Origin: Rhodosorus marinus CCMP1338
Taxonomy: Eukaryota > Plantae > Rhodophyta
Reading direction: 5' to 3'
Assembly (NCBI GenBank): GCA_029953675.1
Contig: JAMWBK010000002.1
Coordinates: 310,001-374,000, forward strand
DNA length: 64,000 nucleotides
In this document: in pieces, positions 12,523 through 24,458 of the stretch
Position numbering within the stretch: the first letter of the stretch is position 1
Layout: each line of letters begins with the position of its first letter
Made by a program: the position numbers and the translations under genes
The notes under the pieces: model-generated
What the model saw: only the letters and a program-made list of their open reading frames with translations
The model's database searches: none
Told to the model about the DNA's origin: nothing

Positions 12523-14046
12523 GATGCCTTTTCAGAATCAAATACAGTCCTTTAGATATATTTATTAATCAAGAGAATTCATCACGTCCGAATACTGCAG
12601 TCCGCTTGCTTCCCTTCCCCTTCCCCATGAAACACATTAGACGCGACTTAACCTTTGATGCAGTCGGGACAAGAATGTGGGAGTGCATTTGGGACTTTTC
12701 TAAACAGTTTTCTTGAGACGAAACTAATTGGAAAATGAGGTCAAAGCTTCAAGCAGTTGATGATTGCGTTGACTTATCGCTTTCAAGGAGATCAGCTCGT
12801 CTTTTGTTTTCCGTTGGGAACACCAGGCCGTGGCCTGAGGGTTCGTTTAGACCCTGTGGATTCTTTCAGAGTCGTTCTGGAAGAGTAGTAGCGAGCTGGA
12901 GCACGTTTTCGCGTCCTCAGCGGTAAGGAACGAGGCTGGTCGAGAACATTGGACTACTTCAGGCTTCTCGCCATGACCCTTTCCCGAGTGCGGAGCTCAA
13001 CATGAGCTTGATGATACGTTGCTTGAGGAGAAACAGACCTCAAACCAGACTACTTCAGATTTGCCCTGTCCCATGTCTATTAGCGCTCTTAAAATACAGT
13101 CCCTGGGGTTCCATCATCGTGACCTTTTTCGAAGGGTTTACAACTGTATGAGGCGGAGCAAGTATGCGTCGACCATCGGATACGCGCAGTTTGCGCGGTT
13201 TGCTTGCTAACAATCCGTTATCGTTGTTTCAAATTGAGGCTCGAATAGAAAACCAGCTCGCTCCTTTGATCTACAGTTCAAACACCCCATCCGTTACAAC
13301 CACGCCATACTATTTTGCACTATATTTCTTGCCACTATTTAAAATGTTCCAATCATTATCCACATTGAATCCTCTTCTGTTTAAAATATTATTTTATTGG
13401 ATAATTGTCGTTCAGAAATTAAGTACAAAATAGATGACAACTGAAAAAACATTGTGCTTATTTCTTTAATACATGAATATGCGCGCCTGCCTATCCAATT
13501 ATAGTTTTATATAGAATGAATGTTGACGATATCGACGAATTAAAGCATTGCCCGCGAAAACGAGATAGTTATCGGTTCTTGATCGAGCGAAACATACTTG
13601 AATAAAACTAAACAATACAAAGAACTTCGTTTCATCACTTTTCCCGTTCAAGGATTATGCATAGAAAAGCAAGCTGCACTGATAAACATAATAGGAGCGT
13701 ATGGACTATCAATAGCATCACAGGCCAATGGTTGTACTGTCCATGTGAAAATAGTGCTGGTTGTACTGTCCGATAGTGCGTTTCTTGAGTTGGTCGGGGG
13801 AGGGGGGGGGAACGCTGTGTGAATAGTGGTATCTCCCTCCGTTTACCATGCCTACAAGGCGTTCTGTCCTTACAGCTGCTGGTACCGGACAGCCAGTTGC
13901 AGCAAGATAGGTTTTCGACCATCTTTCACTTGGTTGCCCTGTGGCTTCATGCCGTCGGTATTCTCCCTTCACAAAAGCCAAAGACGCCCGTAGGAAGGTT
14001 TGTTTATCGGATTTCTCCCCTCAGCTTTTACTTCTTGCACTCAGGA

Positions 14047-14076
14047 TATGCAACCCTATGCAACCCTATGCAACCC
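14047..14076. repeat. (TATGCAACCC)3 perfect tandem repeat
   Basis: Three exact 10-mers. Confidence 0.95.
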
Positions 14077-14727
14077 CATCCAACCACAGACGATTTCAAA
14101 TTCATCCCCAAACAAATGAATTTAAGATGTTTATTAGAATATTCCATTTATTAGTTTTCGACTCCTTCAAGATGGAACCTAAAATAGAAATACTATGGAG
14201 TAATGATTGAACTTCGAGCACCCCGAATTCTATTTTCGTCCTATGAATAGTTTGAAAGTTCCAGTTTAACTGCGACAAAAATTATTTTAGAAGGTGGTCA
14301 TAACTATTATAGCTCTCGGTAAAAACAAAGTTTTAGAAATATTTAGTCGGTATCAATATTCTTACTGGGGAAAGAGCAGGGGGTATATGTTGTGGTATAG
14401 ATGACAATGGGTGCATATAAAAAGGAACAGATGATGTTTTCGTCCGTTTGAACTGGTTGAGAACAGAGATATCGGACAGGTTGATGGATGCATTTTAGTT
14501 ACTGACATCTGAATTCAGCATTTCGTTTGAGGGCGACAGGGTTTTGACCTGTTTCTAAACTTCGTGGAGCGATTGGCTATTGCAGTGAAGCTATCCTGTT
14601 GAGTCTTGACAATGACGAGTCGTATTGGTATAAAACTGGATTTGAAGTGCTGGGTGTTGGGTCGCAGGTGACGAGTAGTTATCGCGTCTAGTGCTTTTTG
14701 TTGTTAAGGATCGTGATAGCGGATGTG

Positions 14728-16026
14728 ATGGGGATTGAAAACCTGTTGACGGGGGTGTTGGAAGAGGTTGTGGTGGATAGAAAGCTTCCTGGTGTGGCTG
14801 TCGGAGTTGTCGATTGCAGGGATGGCGCAGAAGGAACTTTTGCGTCCGCCGGCGAGAGTGCCCCGGGTAAGAAGTGGGGACCGGACACAATGTTTCAGGT
14901 TCACTCTGTGACCAAACTCATAACACAATTTGCCGCTATGCGGCTCGTAGAAGACCGGCGGCTGAACCTCAGCGACGAAGTTCGCGTACATCTCGGGGAA
15001 CGTTGGAGCTCGGAAAATCTTAGAGTCTATCGAGGAAAGAAAATCGAGGGGCAACCAGTTTATGAAAGAGTCAAAAAGGAGGTCACTGTGTTACACCTGA
15101 TGACGCATACGTCGGGACTTTCCTACGCCTGTCCGTGGGGCACATTTGTAGACGAAATATATCAAGATTCATATGCAAAGGCAGCAGCCATGAATGAGAG
15201 GGAAACTCCAGAGCAGCTAGAAAAAAGGCTGTCGGAGCTCCCTCTATGCGGCCAACCAGGAGAATACTTCACCTACTCGGCCAGCACCGACATACTCGGT
15301 AGGATCCTTGAGGTGGTCTGCAAAACAACTCTGGACCGTGTACTGGACGAGCTTGCAATTGCGCCGCTAAACATGCAGAACACATTTTTTCCACCTGAGA
15401 GGATGGATTCGAGTTTGATCGCCAAGATCTATCAGCGGTCGCCTGCGGGTGAACTACAGGATATTACTGACTTTGAACTGGATCGCGATGCTACACCTAT
15501 CGGTGGGAGTGGTCTTGTGTCCACGGTTGCTGATCTAATGAAGTTCTGTGCTGCTTTTATGACCGGGCGAAGTGCCAGCGGCGTGGAGCTGCTTTCAAAA
15601 GAGTCGATAGATCTCGTCAAAACGGACCGCGTTGGGTTGATTCAGGATCGGATTTGTTCAGAATATTCGGCGTTTGGAAGATACAAATTTGGCCTAGGCG
15701 TGGCGATTGAACCGTCAGACTTCGGCCCCGGCTGTGGAGGAAAGGGCTCGTTCTTCTGGATAGGATTCGGAGGAAACTTTGTCAACTTCGATCCGGAAAG
15801 TGGCATTGGGATTGTCTTTGCAATGCAAGTATTTACAGATATTAGATGGGATGACTGTCTTTCTTCCAGGCGGAAGATTGCCGAAGCAGTGTACAAGCGC
15901 GCCGCGCGAGCTCGAAATAACGCGGGTAACAGGGAAGAACACCCCCCGAAACAGATAGCGCTCAGGAAACGTTCAGATCAAAGCCTTCTCCCAGGTGATT
16001 GCTCACGAGGGTGCTGCGTGAGGTGA
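14728..16026 (+). CDS. Beta-lactamase-family (class C/EstB-like) serine hydrolase, apparently intronless
   Basis: One uninterrupted ORF; SxxK (HSVTK), HLMTHTSGLSY, QPGEYFTYSASTDILG (catalytic Tyr), GGSGLVSTVADL, FFWIGFGG..DPE; first ATG at 14728. Confidence 0.92.
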   Translation: MGIENLLTGVLEEVVVDRKLPGVAVGVVDCRDGAEGTFASAGESAPGKKWGPDTMFQVHSVTKLITQFAAMRLVEDRRLNLSDEVRVHLGERWSSENLRVYRGKKIEGQPVYERVKKEVTVLHLMTHTSGLSYACPWGTFVDEIYQDSYAKAAAMNERETPEQLEKRLSELPLCGQPGEYFTYSASTDILGRILEVVCKTTLDRVLDELAIAPLNMQNTFFPPERMDSSLIAKIYQRSPAGELQDITDFELDRDATPIGGSGLVSTVADLMKFCAAFMTGRSASGVELLSKESIDLVKTDRVGLIQDRICSEYSAFGRYKFGLGVAIEPSDFGPGCGGKGSFFWIGFGGNFVNFDPESGIGIVFAMQVFTDIRWDDCLSSRRKIAEAVYKRAARARNNAGNREEHPPKQIALRKRSDQSLLPGDCSRGCCVR

Positions 16027-17152
16027 GAACCTGAACTTCCAACAGGTGCCTGCTGGAAAGCGAGATGATCACAGCTCGATATCTAGACCGCTTTCGGGAC
16101 CAGCCTGGCGAACACCAAAACCACGAAAACAGGGAAAAAAAGCTATCGCTAGCTATATGAAATTGTAATTATTTTTGTTAACTGCAGTTTTGCTTCGAAG
16201 TTTTTACAGATAAATAATAGCACTTTGCAACCGCTGAAAAACAATAGTTATATGAAGTTTACGTGAGCGTGAAATAGAAATTCACCCTTTTTTCTTATGA
16301 TATTTTGATAAACGATATCCCTAGGGTTTCGTGATGAGAATGGAACAGAGTTGAACTAGAAAGACTGTAGGTTGCGAGAGCAGCTTCTCGATGTAGCTGT
16401 TGTGTCTCAGTTAGATTTCTTCTTCTGGATGCTTCTGTTCTGAACCCAATCAAAAGCTGTGGCCTCGACCTTGGAGGTTGGGTATGTCTGGGATGAACAA
16501 CATCGAGTTCGCAACAGTGGATGCCGAGGTGATTATCGCTGGTGAACATGTCATCGCCATACACAGAAAAAAAAAAACAGACGAACTATACTCTCCATCC
16601 GTTCCTTGGTTAATGATTGTGCAAACGAAAGCGGAAATGTACGTAGCCCCAAGTGCTTGAACACTAAAACCCCAGTACGTGCTTTCTTTCATCCGTGCTG
16701 TTGTACCACTCGAGCTTTTATGTGTACGCGAAGCGAGGGCCACATGCCATCGACCAAAGGACAATAGAATGTCTCAACTTCAGCACCGATTGCTTTTTGC
16801 GAATGAGCTACCTCCCACCTGAGCATGCGCTTTCTGAAGAAGGGTGGAGTCTCCAGCCTTTCGACGAACTCCCTATCTCAACCTGCACAGATCTCTGCTG
16901 CTGGGGGGTTCTCAATCAACTTTGTTTGACAACCATGCTAGCCTTCGACTCGTATTCTCACCGAAGACGATGGATTTTTTGTGCGCGTACGGGAAATCAT
17001 GCGAGGTACTGGTTGGGGATGAAGCTCAACGTGGAAGCTGAACTTGAACATCCAATGAAGAACTCTCGGTAGCGAAACGTAATTAGTTTAGTGTTGATAT
17101 ACATGCAGGGCTTTGCTGTCATGTCTTTGAACGCCTAGGTAGATGATGGTTG

Positions 17153-18244
17153 TCATCTGCCAAAATACCATAGTCCAGGCGTATCTTCGTCAATGTAGGT
17201 GGAACCGACAACGCTTCTCAAAATCGGCTCGTTGCTGGACACTACTTGCTTCAAAAGCTTGCGATAATATGTACTGTCGCTTTTCAAGCGTTCCGGAAGG
17301 CTTTTCGTAACTGCACAGCATATGTTGTACAGCATCTCTCGAAGCGGTTCCGCGACTTCGCTGTGGGTCGGTAGAAGATCTTCGACCGCATCCCTAACTC
17401 TGATCTCGTCTCTGTCTTCCTTTGCTTCCAGCTCCGGTTGTTCGTTGCGGGTATTAGGATTCTCCGTCTCCACTGCCTGAAGGATCAATAGACCTCGTGA
17501 TCCTTTCCCGGAGGGCGTGTTGGCTACCCCCGCACGTTCATCTGTCCATCCCTTTGACTTTCTTGAAGTCTTCTTCTCAGAGCATTTCTGCTCAAGCTTA
17601 AAACGCTGAAGTCTCCGTACCCCTTCCTCATCGTCCTTGGGAGTATTGAGGGGTCGGCGAAACCGACTGAGACCTGAACGAGATCCTTTCCAGTTCACCG
17701 GTGGTGCAACCAAAGGCTTCCCCTTGTTTCGCCGCTGTTCTCGTGGAAAAATACTGATCGAATCTCTGAAGGGGAGCTCGAATATATCAGCTTGTTCATC
17801 TGTCGCACAAAAGTCGAGGCCATATGCAGCCCCCACGGCCTCTGTTGAAGTACGATTTGCCCCTTTTCCACGCGCACATTTTAATTTCTTTCCTCGAGAC
17901 CTTTTTTTCACCCCGGCCTTCCCCGGAGCCCTCGCCCGGAGGCCGGAATGGCTCTCATGTGATGCATGGGATTTGATACCATTAGCAAACCTTTCATAAA
18001 TAGCGGAGCCACTTGGCAATTTCGCTGCGTCTACAGCGCTCTCCTTAACGGTTGACTCCGAGCTAACAATTTCCGACTCAAAGCTCAGCAGGGAGTGGCT
18101 GGTGGTGGGATACGATTCTTTAAAATTCAAAGCAGAGTCAGGCGTAGGAATCCGAATCTCATTAGGCGGACCCATACATGCGTTGCTCAGACTAATATTC
18201 CCGAGTTGTCTAGCACCAACAGCAACAACCGGATCAGCATCCAT
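17153..18244 (-). CDS. Hypothetical 363-aa protein, largely low-complexity/basic with a predicted helical C-terminal domain
   Basis: Long ATG-initiated ORF downstream of a C-tract promoter-type region (18660-18800); K/R clusters (KKRSRGKKLK) could be an NLS; no recognisable family. Confidence 0.6.
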   Translation of the reverse strand: MDADPVVAVGARQLGNISLSNACMGPPNEIRIPTPDSALNFKESYPTTSHSLLSFESEIVSSESTVKESAVDAAKLPSGSAIYERFANGIKSHASHESHSGLRARAPGKAGVKKRSRGKKLKCARGKGANRTSTEAVGAAYGLDFCATDEQADIFELPFRDSISIFPREQRRNKGKPLVAPPVNWKGSRSGLSRFRRPLNTPKDDEEGVRRLQRFKLEQKCSEKKTSRKSKGWTDERAGVANTPSGKGSRGLLILQAVETENPNTRNEQPELEAKEDRDEIRVRDAVEDLLPTHSEVAEPLREMLYNICCAVTKSLPERLKSDSTYYRKLLKQVVSSNEPILRSVVGSTYIDEDTPGLWYFGR

Positions 18245-20404
18245 CTTGAAACCTCTTCAAAATACCGAACTCAGTCAACGAACAAGAAGAATCTTGAATA
18301 TCGCTCGAACACGAACAGTTTACCCCTTCCGCATACCTCACGAAACAGCAGCTACGGCTCTGTGGAAAGTTTTCTCCGTCCACACGAGACTCATCGACGT
18401 TTAAATAATGAGTGCCAACGAAAATACCCAACGCATGATGCTCCTAGGAGGTCTTCAACTTATCCTGACCACAGCCTCATAGCCAGGAACAACCCCCCCC
18501 CCTCTCGCTCGCTAAAAAGGGAACGAGAAAAGGACAAGAGCAAGCCAAAGGAATACTTTCCGAGGCCAAAAAAAAGAGCGGAGAATCCAAATGTATCTAA
18601 AACAAGAACAAAGAAAGCTCGTTTCCAAAAAATTACTCACTAAAGTTCCTCAAAAACTAACTCGCATTTCCCCTTCCTCCCCTCCCCCCCCTCTCCAAAC
18701 CTACCCCAACAGTAAACCTCAAAGACTAACGTTCCCAACACTCCAAAGAAAAGAGTAACATGTCGCAAGAAGCTTGACAACCCCCGCCCTCCTTTTTTCT
18801 TAAACTATTCGTTCTTTTTCAAAAGAACCCTAGTCTTGTCAGTCCTTCCAAAATTTGGTATGTCTCACCTAATTGTAGATTTATCATTTAACTATCATCT
18901 TTTTCCGAACTTTAATTAGGGTCTTATTTATTTCATTAGAAGATAGTAAACACTCATATCATATTTTTCTTCCTTATTCATATTTGTAGTATTTTATATT
19001 ATGAAGTTTTTTGTCTATTTTTAGAGACTTGACCAGAAAACGCGTGCGGATTCATTGGAGTTTGCATTCTGGGTTTGGCTTTAAATGCTCGTTTCGTGAG
19101 TTAGAGGGTGTTAATCGGTGTATTCGGTTTAGGGTAGTTTGAGGACTAAGACTGATGGGTTCCAAGAAGGGTTCGGTGAGGCTTGGATCCTATCTAATAA
19201 AAACTAGATGGCTACGGGTCTGAAGAGTTCTTTTTCTAAGCCATTCAGCTGCTTGTCCTCAGAATGCTGGGCAGGTCTCGTCGCTTAGAGCTAAAGTGAC
19301 GGGGTTTGGCGAAACGAGCAGCCTGCCCGATTTTTTACAAATCCTGCACTTTTATTCCTTGGCACAACGTTAAAAACATCCAATATCAAGCCTCGATTCG
19401 CTTCAAACCAGACCGCGATCTGAACCGAAACGTAAGCTTTGGCTTCGGCATATGCTGCAGAGCATGACTGACTGTTAATCCATGAGAGATGGAACAGACG
19501 CATACAGACTTCACACACGTCCTTATCTGATCCGACGAACCATAACGGGATGTCCGCGTACAGGAATCGACGAACGTTTCTTTGAACAGAAAACTGCAAC
19601 TATTGTCGGACACAAGGTGGGAAGCGAACGCTCAATTACTGAAAGCACAGAATACTGACTTACCACAGAGGTTGCTTGAAACTCAGGAGGTAGTGGTTGG
19701 AAAGAATGGCAAGCGAGAGAAAAGCGGTAGCTAATTGAAAGCTCGCTGACCATCGAACGACTCGTAGCAGTGTTGAAAGTCTTGTGTTCGAGATGTTTAA
19801 CATGACTGAAGTCTGAAGGACAATAAGGTGTACTAACGGGTAAACTAAAAAGTCACAGACTTCTTTAGTTTATGAGATTGGTTCGTGCTGGAAACAGCTA
19901 GGCCGCGTGAATCGTTCCTATGGATACTAGAAGCTTCCAAGAGGCGTTCTCCAAGGGCTTGGCGCGATGCTGAGGACGGGAAGTTTGAAAGTGTTAAAAA
20001 AAAGCTGTCTTCGAACCCTTGGCCACTGTGCCTCGCCACTAGTGAATTACAAAATTATTCCTCACAAAATCGGGTAGCACATTAAAGTCAATAATGTCTT
20101 TAAAAACAATATATTACCGCCAAAAATTTGCACTTTAGGACCAAACAAAACCAAAATAGCATAATAATGTATTTTATAATATTTATTCAAGTTTGGATGC
20201 CGATGATTTCTTCTATTTGTTTTTATGAAATAATATAAAACTATTTTAAAAATAAATGAGAAATAGGGTGTTATCAAGTATTAAGTTTTAGTTATTTTGG
20301 CAAGGCCAATGGTTTTTAGTTTAGTGGGCCAATGACACCTCGATGTATTCGAGGTGTCATTGTGTCGGGGCTGTTGAAATGGGGAGAAGACTTAGACGAC
20401 AGGA

Positions 20405-20447
20405 TGGGGGTGGGGGGGGGGGGAGGGGAAGGGGAGGGTAGTGGGGT
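20405..20447 (+). promoter_or_regulatory. G-tract cluster (G-quadruplex-capable) ~140 bp upstream of the carrier ATG
   Basis: GGGGGTGGGGGGGGGGGGAGGGGAAGGGGAGGGTAGTGGGG: more than four G3+ runs, right after an AT island. Confidence 0.5.
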
Positions 20448-20584
20448 CCTCTGACTGACCTAAGGACTGAGACGATAGCACCGAAAACTTTTTAATTCTA
20501 AACTTCTCAATTCTATGAAAAGCCTTGAGGTTTCTTGCGCTGTGCCGTTTTGAGCAGCGTCCTGCGAGCTTGTTTAAAGAGGAT

Positions 20585-21901
20585 ATGGATGCGTTCTACA
20601 CGTACCGACATGCGATTTCTGGGGGTCTAGGAGGGGGAATTACCGGTACTGGAAGCGATTTTTTGGTTTTGGTTTTTGATAAGTACGCCTTTGTTAGCTA
20701 ACTGTGCTTGGTTGGTTTGTTTTTCCCCACTGGATTCTGTGATACCAGTGATCGCCCTGCATCCATTTGACACGATTCGAACTCGGATTCAGGTGGTCGA
20801 GAGCGCCGCGAATACTGGAAGATCGGTAGCAACGAGCTCAAAGTTGTCGACCTGGTCTACCCTGAGGTCAATTGTTCGAACCGAGAGCTTCGCCGCATTA
20901 TACAAGGGACTCGTCCCGGCTGTGGTTGGCAGCGGCTTTGCGTGGGCAGCCTATTTTCAGTCGTATAACTTCATGAAGAGCAAATTAGGAGAACTCGGAT
21001 TCGCGCAGAGTGCAGGACTGCACTTTGCTGCTGGAACTACATCAGGAATCCTTGTATGCGTTCTAACAAATCCTGTGTGGTACGATGGTTGGGAACGTCA
21101 TTTTTTTCTATTACAGCTCCTGCCTGATCACTCATTGAATCCACGCGACGTTCCATTCGATATCACACCAGGGTGGTGAAAACCAGACTTCAATTGCAAA
21201 TCGATGGAAAGCTGAGCTTTGGTCAACAACCCTACAGAGGATTCATTGAAGGTTTGAAGATCATTTTTAAGGAAGAAGGAATCCGTGGTTTGTACAAGGG
21301 CCTCGGTCCTTCCTTGTGGCTAGTTTCTCAAGGTGCTCTTCAGTTTGCTGCTTATGAGGAAATGAAGTCTATGATAGCGGGTGAGGCGCGGACCTTGGAC
21401 ACCACCTTAACTGTCGCCGAATCTTTAGTAGCTAGCTCTGTGAGTTACAAGCCGAGCTAAGAAAACAAATCTCTCACAAGCGCGTCCTGCTAAGATATTG
21501 ACAGGGTGCGGCCATTGTCCTTTTACAACAGTTGAGCAAGCTGTTCGCCTCTACAGCTCTGTACCCACTTCAGGTTGTTCGAACAAGGATGCAGAAGAGG
21601 CTAGAAGGCAGAGACAAAAAGTAAGCATCGATATCTTTAGCTCACTGAACGCGAAGAAGAAATCCAATGCACCCTTTTCATTCGATCTTGTCCTTATTTT
21701 TGCTTTAGCTACAAGTCCTTTGGATTTGCCCTTCGGACGATTGCAAGGCGGGAAGGATGGCGTGGATTCTACAAAGGCCTTACCGCGAACCTTCTCAGAG
21801 TAACGCCGAGCGCGGCGATCACGTTTATCGTCTATGAACAGTCCATGAAGTCGCTCGGCAACTTGAAACCAACAGATATGGCCCCTGCTGGAATCGTATA
21901 G
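20585..21901 (+). CDS. Mitochondrial carrier, folate/FAD (SLC25A32/Flx1)-like, multi-exon
   Basis: Three Px[D/E]xx[K/R] repeats (HPFDTIRTRIQ, TNPVW|VVKTRLQLQ, YPLQVVRTR); LYKGLVPAVVG..AWAAYFQSYN; GWRGFYKGLTANLLRVTPSAAITFIVYE; preceded by a G-tract at 20405-20447. Confidence 0.9.
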
Positions 21902-22561
21902 CCCGGACGGCTCCAGAGAAAAACATCTATTTATCCGTTTCCAGAACCCGGACGAGCGCAGAGCATGGACGGGTCTACAGTAAAAAGCTTGAACGAATAT
22001 AAGTCGACCATACGTCGCCTTAAAAGCACGGAGCACGGGGACCATTGCTATTCTACTCTGCTCCGACCTACGCGACCGTTCAGCATCCTTGCGGGACACC
22101 CTCGTGCTATGAACCGGAGCCCCACGCCTCTGTAAAGCAGGGTGGCAGATATTGAATCTACTCCTCTCGGACCCGGGTGGCAGTGGGTTCCAAAAATGAT
22201 GACATATTAGTCAACCTGTCCAGTGACAAACAATTTCATCCATTCCACATCCCGAGGCTCAATATCACAGCTTTGGCTTGCCGTTCCATAGAATCTTAGG
22301 ACTCCATGTTCAAGCTCGCAAAGGAGATTTAGGCTGTTCATGGCAGTTGAAATTGGTAAGATTGGACTGCCTCCCTTCTCAACGAGAATCAGGAGTGGGA
22401 GGAAAGTTCAGATGCCGTGTTCTCTTTGAGGAACTGGTATCTATTTCACGATAGAGGCGGAAGACACTATTATCGTCTCCATTGCGTAGCGATCCTCTAC
22501 CGGGTTCATAAGTTTCCAGAATGGATAAGTAGTCTGTGCGACGTTGACGGGGAAGAAATCT

Positions 22562-23061
22562 ATGAAGGACTTGGCTGGTTGGTCTGTTGAGAGCGAAAAC
22601 AACCAATCGTCCGTTTCAGGATCGAGTGGGTATTCGAAGGGCGATAGAGCGGTTGATGCAGACAACGGGGGTATAAGTGCGACAGGAAAATCTTGTCCGC
22701 GATGCTTCTGCGTCCACTCAGCTCCAGAGGAGGTGCTCGCGCTTGAAAAGGAAGCCAGAGCTTCTGGAAAGAGTAGCTACATCGATCCTGAAAGCAAATG
22801 TTCAGTTTTCACAAGCCGATATTTGGCAGATAAGAAAGTTTGCTGCGGTTTCGGATGTAGGCACTGGTAAGCCCACCGAGGTGGACGGAGAAGCACGGAA
22901 ACCGAAATCTTACTTAACGCTTCGTTTTGTGTCTCGCAACCATGGAACTCTCTTTTCTCTTCTTCGTTAGTCCGTTTGAACACATAAAAGTCACATGGCA
23001 GGCCACTCAACGAGACCAATCTTCCTCCTCGAGCTCCAGTGGAATAGTTCCGGACTGGTAG
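22562..23061 (+). CDS. Small Cys-rich protein, DUF5522/C1orf53-like, 2 exons
   Basis: SYIDPESKCSVFTSRYLADKKVCCGFGCRH|CPF matches the YxDP..FT..CCGxGCRHCP pattern; phase-2 GT-AG intron joins TG|T; start uncertain. Confidence 0.75.
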
Positions 23062-24458
23062 ACTCCGAACTTCCTCTAAGCAAGCTAGTGGTCCACAATC
23101 TTGAGAGAAGAGATCTCAAGCTCGGTGAAGATTGGATTTTGCCCGCAAAAGGGTGCAACTTGCTAATCTCAGTTTGTGCGTTCCATTCATCTCCTCATCA
23201 CCTTCACTTTCGAAAAGGGAGCTGGCTAGAGGCTGTCCCTCGATTTTGAAGCCAGAGTGACGTTGTGTTCTCCAGAGATGATGCATAGATATGAGTCAGC
23301 CCGACTTGTGTGAATCACTGAAGCGTTGTATTTGTCTACAAGGGACAAACTTTAGCTCCGATGAAGGTACAAACAGGCATGAGCGGGGTGAAGTCTCCGC
23401 TTGAGTTTCTCCAGCGTTCGAGATAATGGAGGTTACCAGAGTCAATTTCTACTCGATCTTCGTCTGGTGTATTGTACCCTAGGGGTTGATCCCTCCCAAT
23501 TCGGTATCTTCGCTGTCCATGGCACTTGACTATATATGATTTCAGTCTCCTTGACGGTTCACACCAGACGGCTGCGTTATCTGGCCTTGCAGTTCCTTAC
23601 GCTACGAACTTTGGAACTGTGGGAATGATGATGGGTACGGCTTTTTATCTGTGAATGGTCTGTGTTGGAAGAGGCTGATGCGACCGCTTCAGACTTTTCC
23701 TCCGGCGTTTCCCTGTTCAGTTTGCTCATCGGTCAGAAAAAAAAAAAGCCTTTCTACCTGGATTACCGCGAAACCGACGAACTGCCTTTTTCGGTGCAGA
23801 AGAGCGTTTGAATCAGAGCGTATCAGAATCTGATGGACTGTGCCATATAAAAACTAAAAACTAGTGCCTGCGTCATTGCTCAAAGCCATCAACGAGCTAT
23901 CCGGATACTGACCCAGCCTTCCAGAATCCACATCGACCAGCGCAATCAGATCCCTAAATCCCTAAATAGCCCTAGCAAGCCACAGGGGCTTTCTGGGCCG
24001 CCGCTGACATCGTTGTACAAAACTCAACCTCACAGCTTTACTACTTGAGCAAGCACTTTCAACAGCGGTCTCGATGTCGCCAGCCTCCACAAGTGACTGT
24101 ACAAATCAGCAACAACATGAATATATACGAAGTGTCTATCTAACTCGCCATAACTGACTTTGGGCAGTAGGTCAGCCCTAAAGAGCTCTTCCTACCGATA
24201 TCGCTCTGTCCGCCATTGTCGTTGCGGATCCCTAGACCGTGCCTTCCATCGTCTCTGCTGCTTCAAACCCATCAAAAACCTCCATCTTGGTTAAGTCAGT
24301 GACGTCGTCACCAATTGCTGCCAACAAGTATCCTGGAAAAGGCGGCAATAGGTACCGGAAGCGTGTTTCTTCTTGCTCCTCATTTTGCGTTCTCAAGATG
24401 CACTAGCTGCTCCCACAGTCTTCAACAAAAGGAAGTTCTCTCAGACAGGCTCCGGGTC

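Noticed and set aside
16200-17100. Short ORFs on both strands (60-125 aa)
   Set aside because: No consistent splice model or motif; left unannotated.
21551-22099. 182-aa minus-strand ORF
   Set aside because: Antisense to the carrier's last exons, no ATG and no recognisable motif.
23625-23680. Box C (ATGATGA) and box D (CTGA) pair suggesting a C/D snoRNA; similar pair near 35526-35563
   Set aside because: Too short, with no terminal stem or identifiable rRNA complement; expected by chance.
23950-23980. CCCTAAA-like telomeric motifs (ccctaaatccctaaatagccctag)
   Set aside because: Only two imperfect units, explicable as duplicated splice-acceptor sequence (tttag) on the minus strand.
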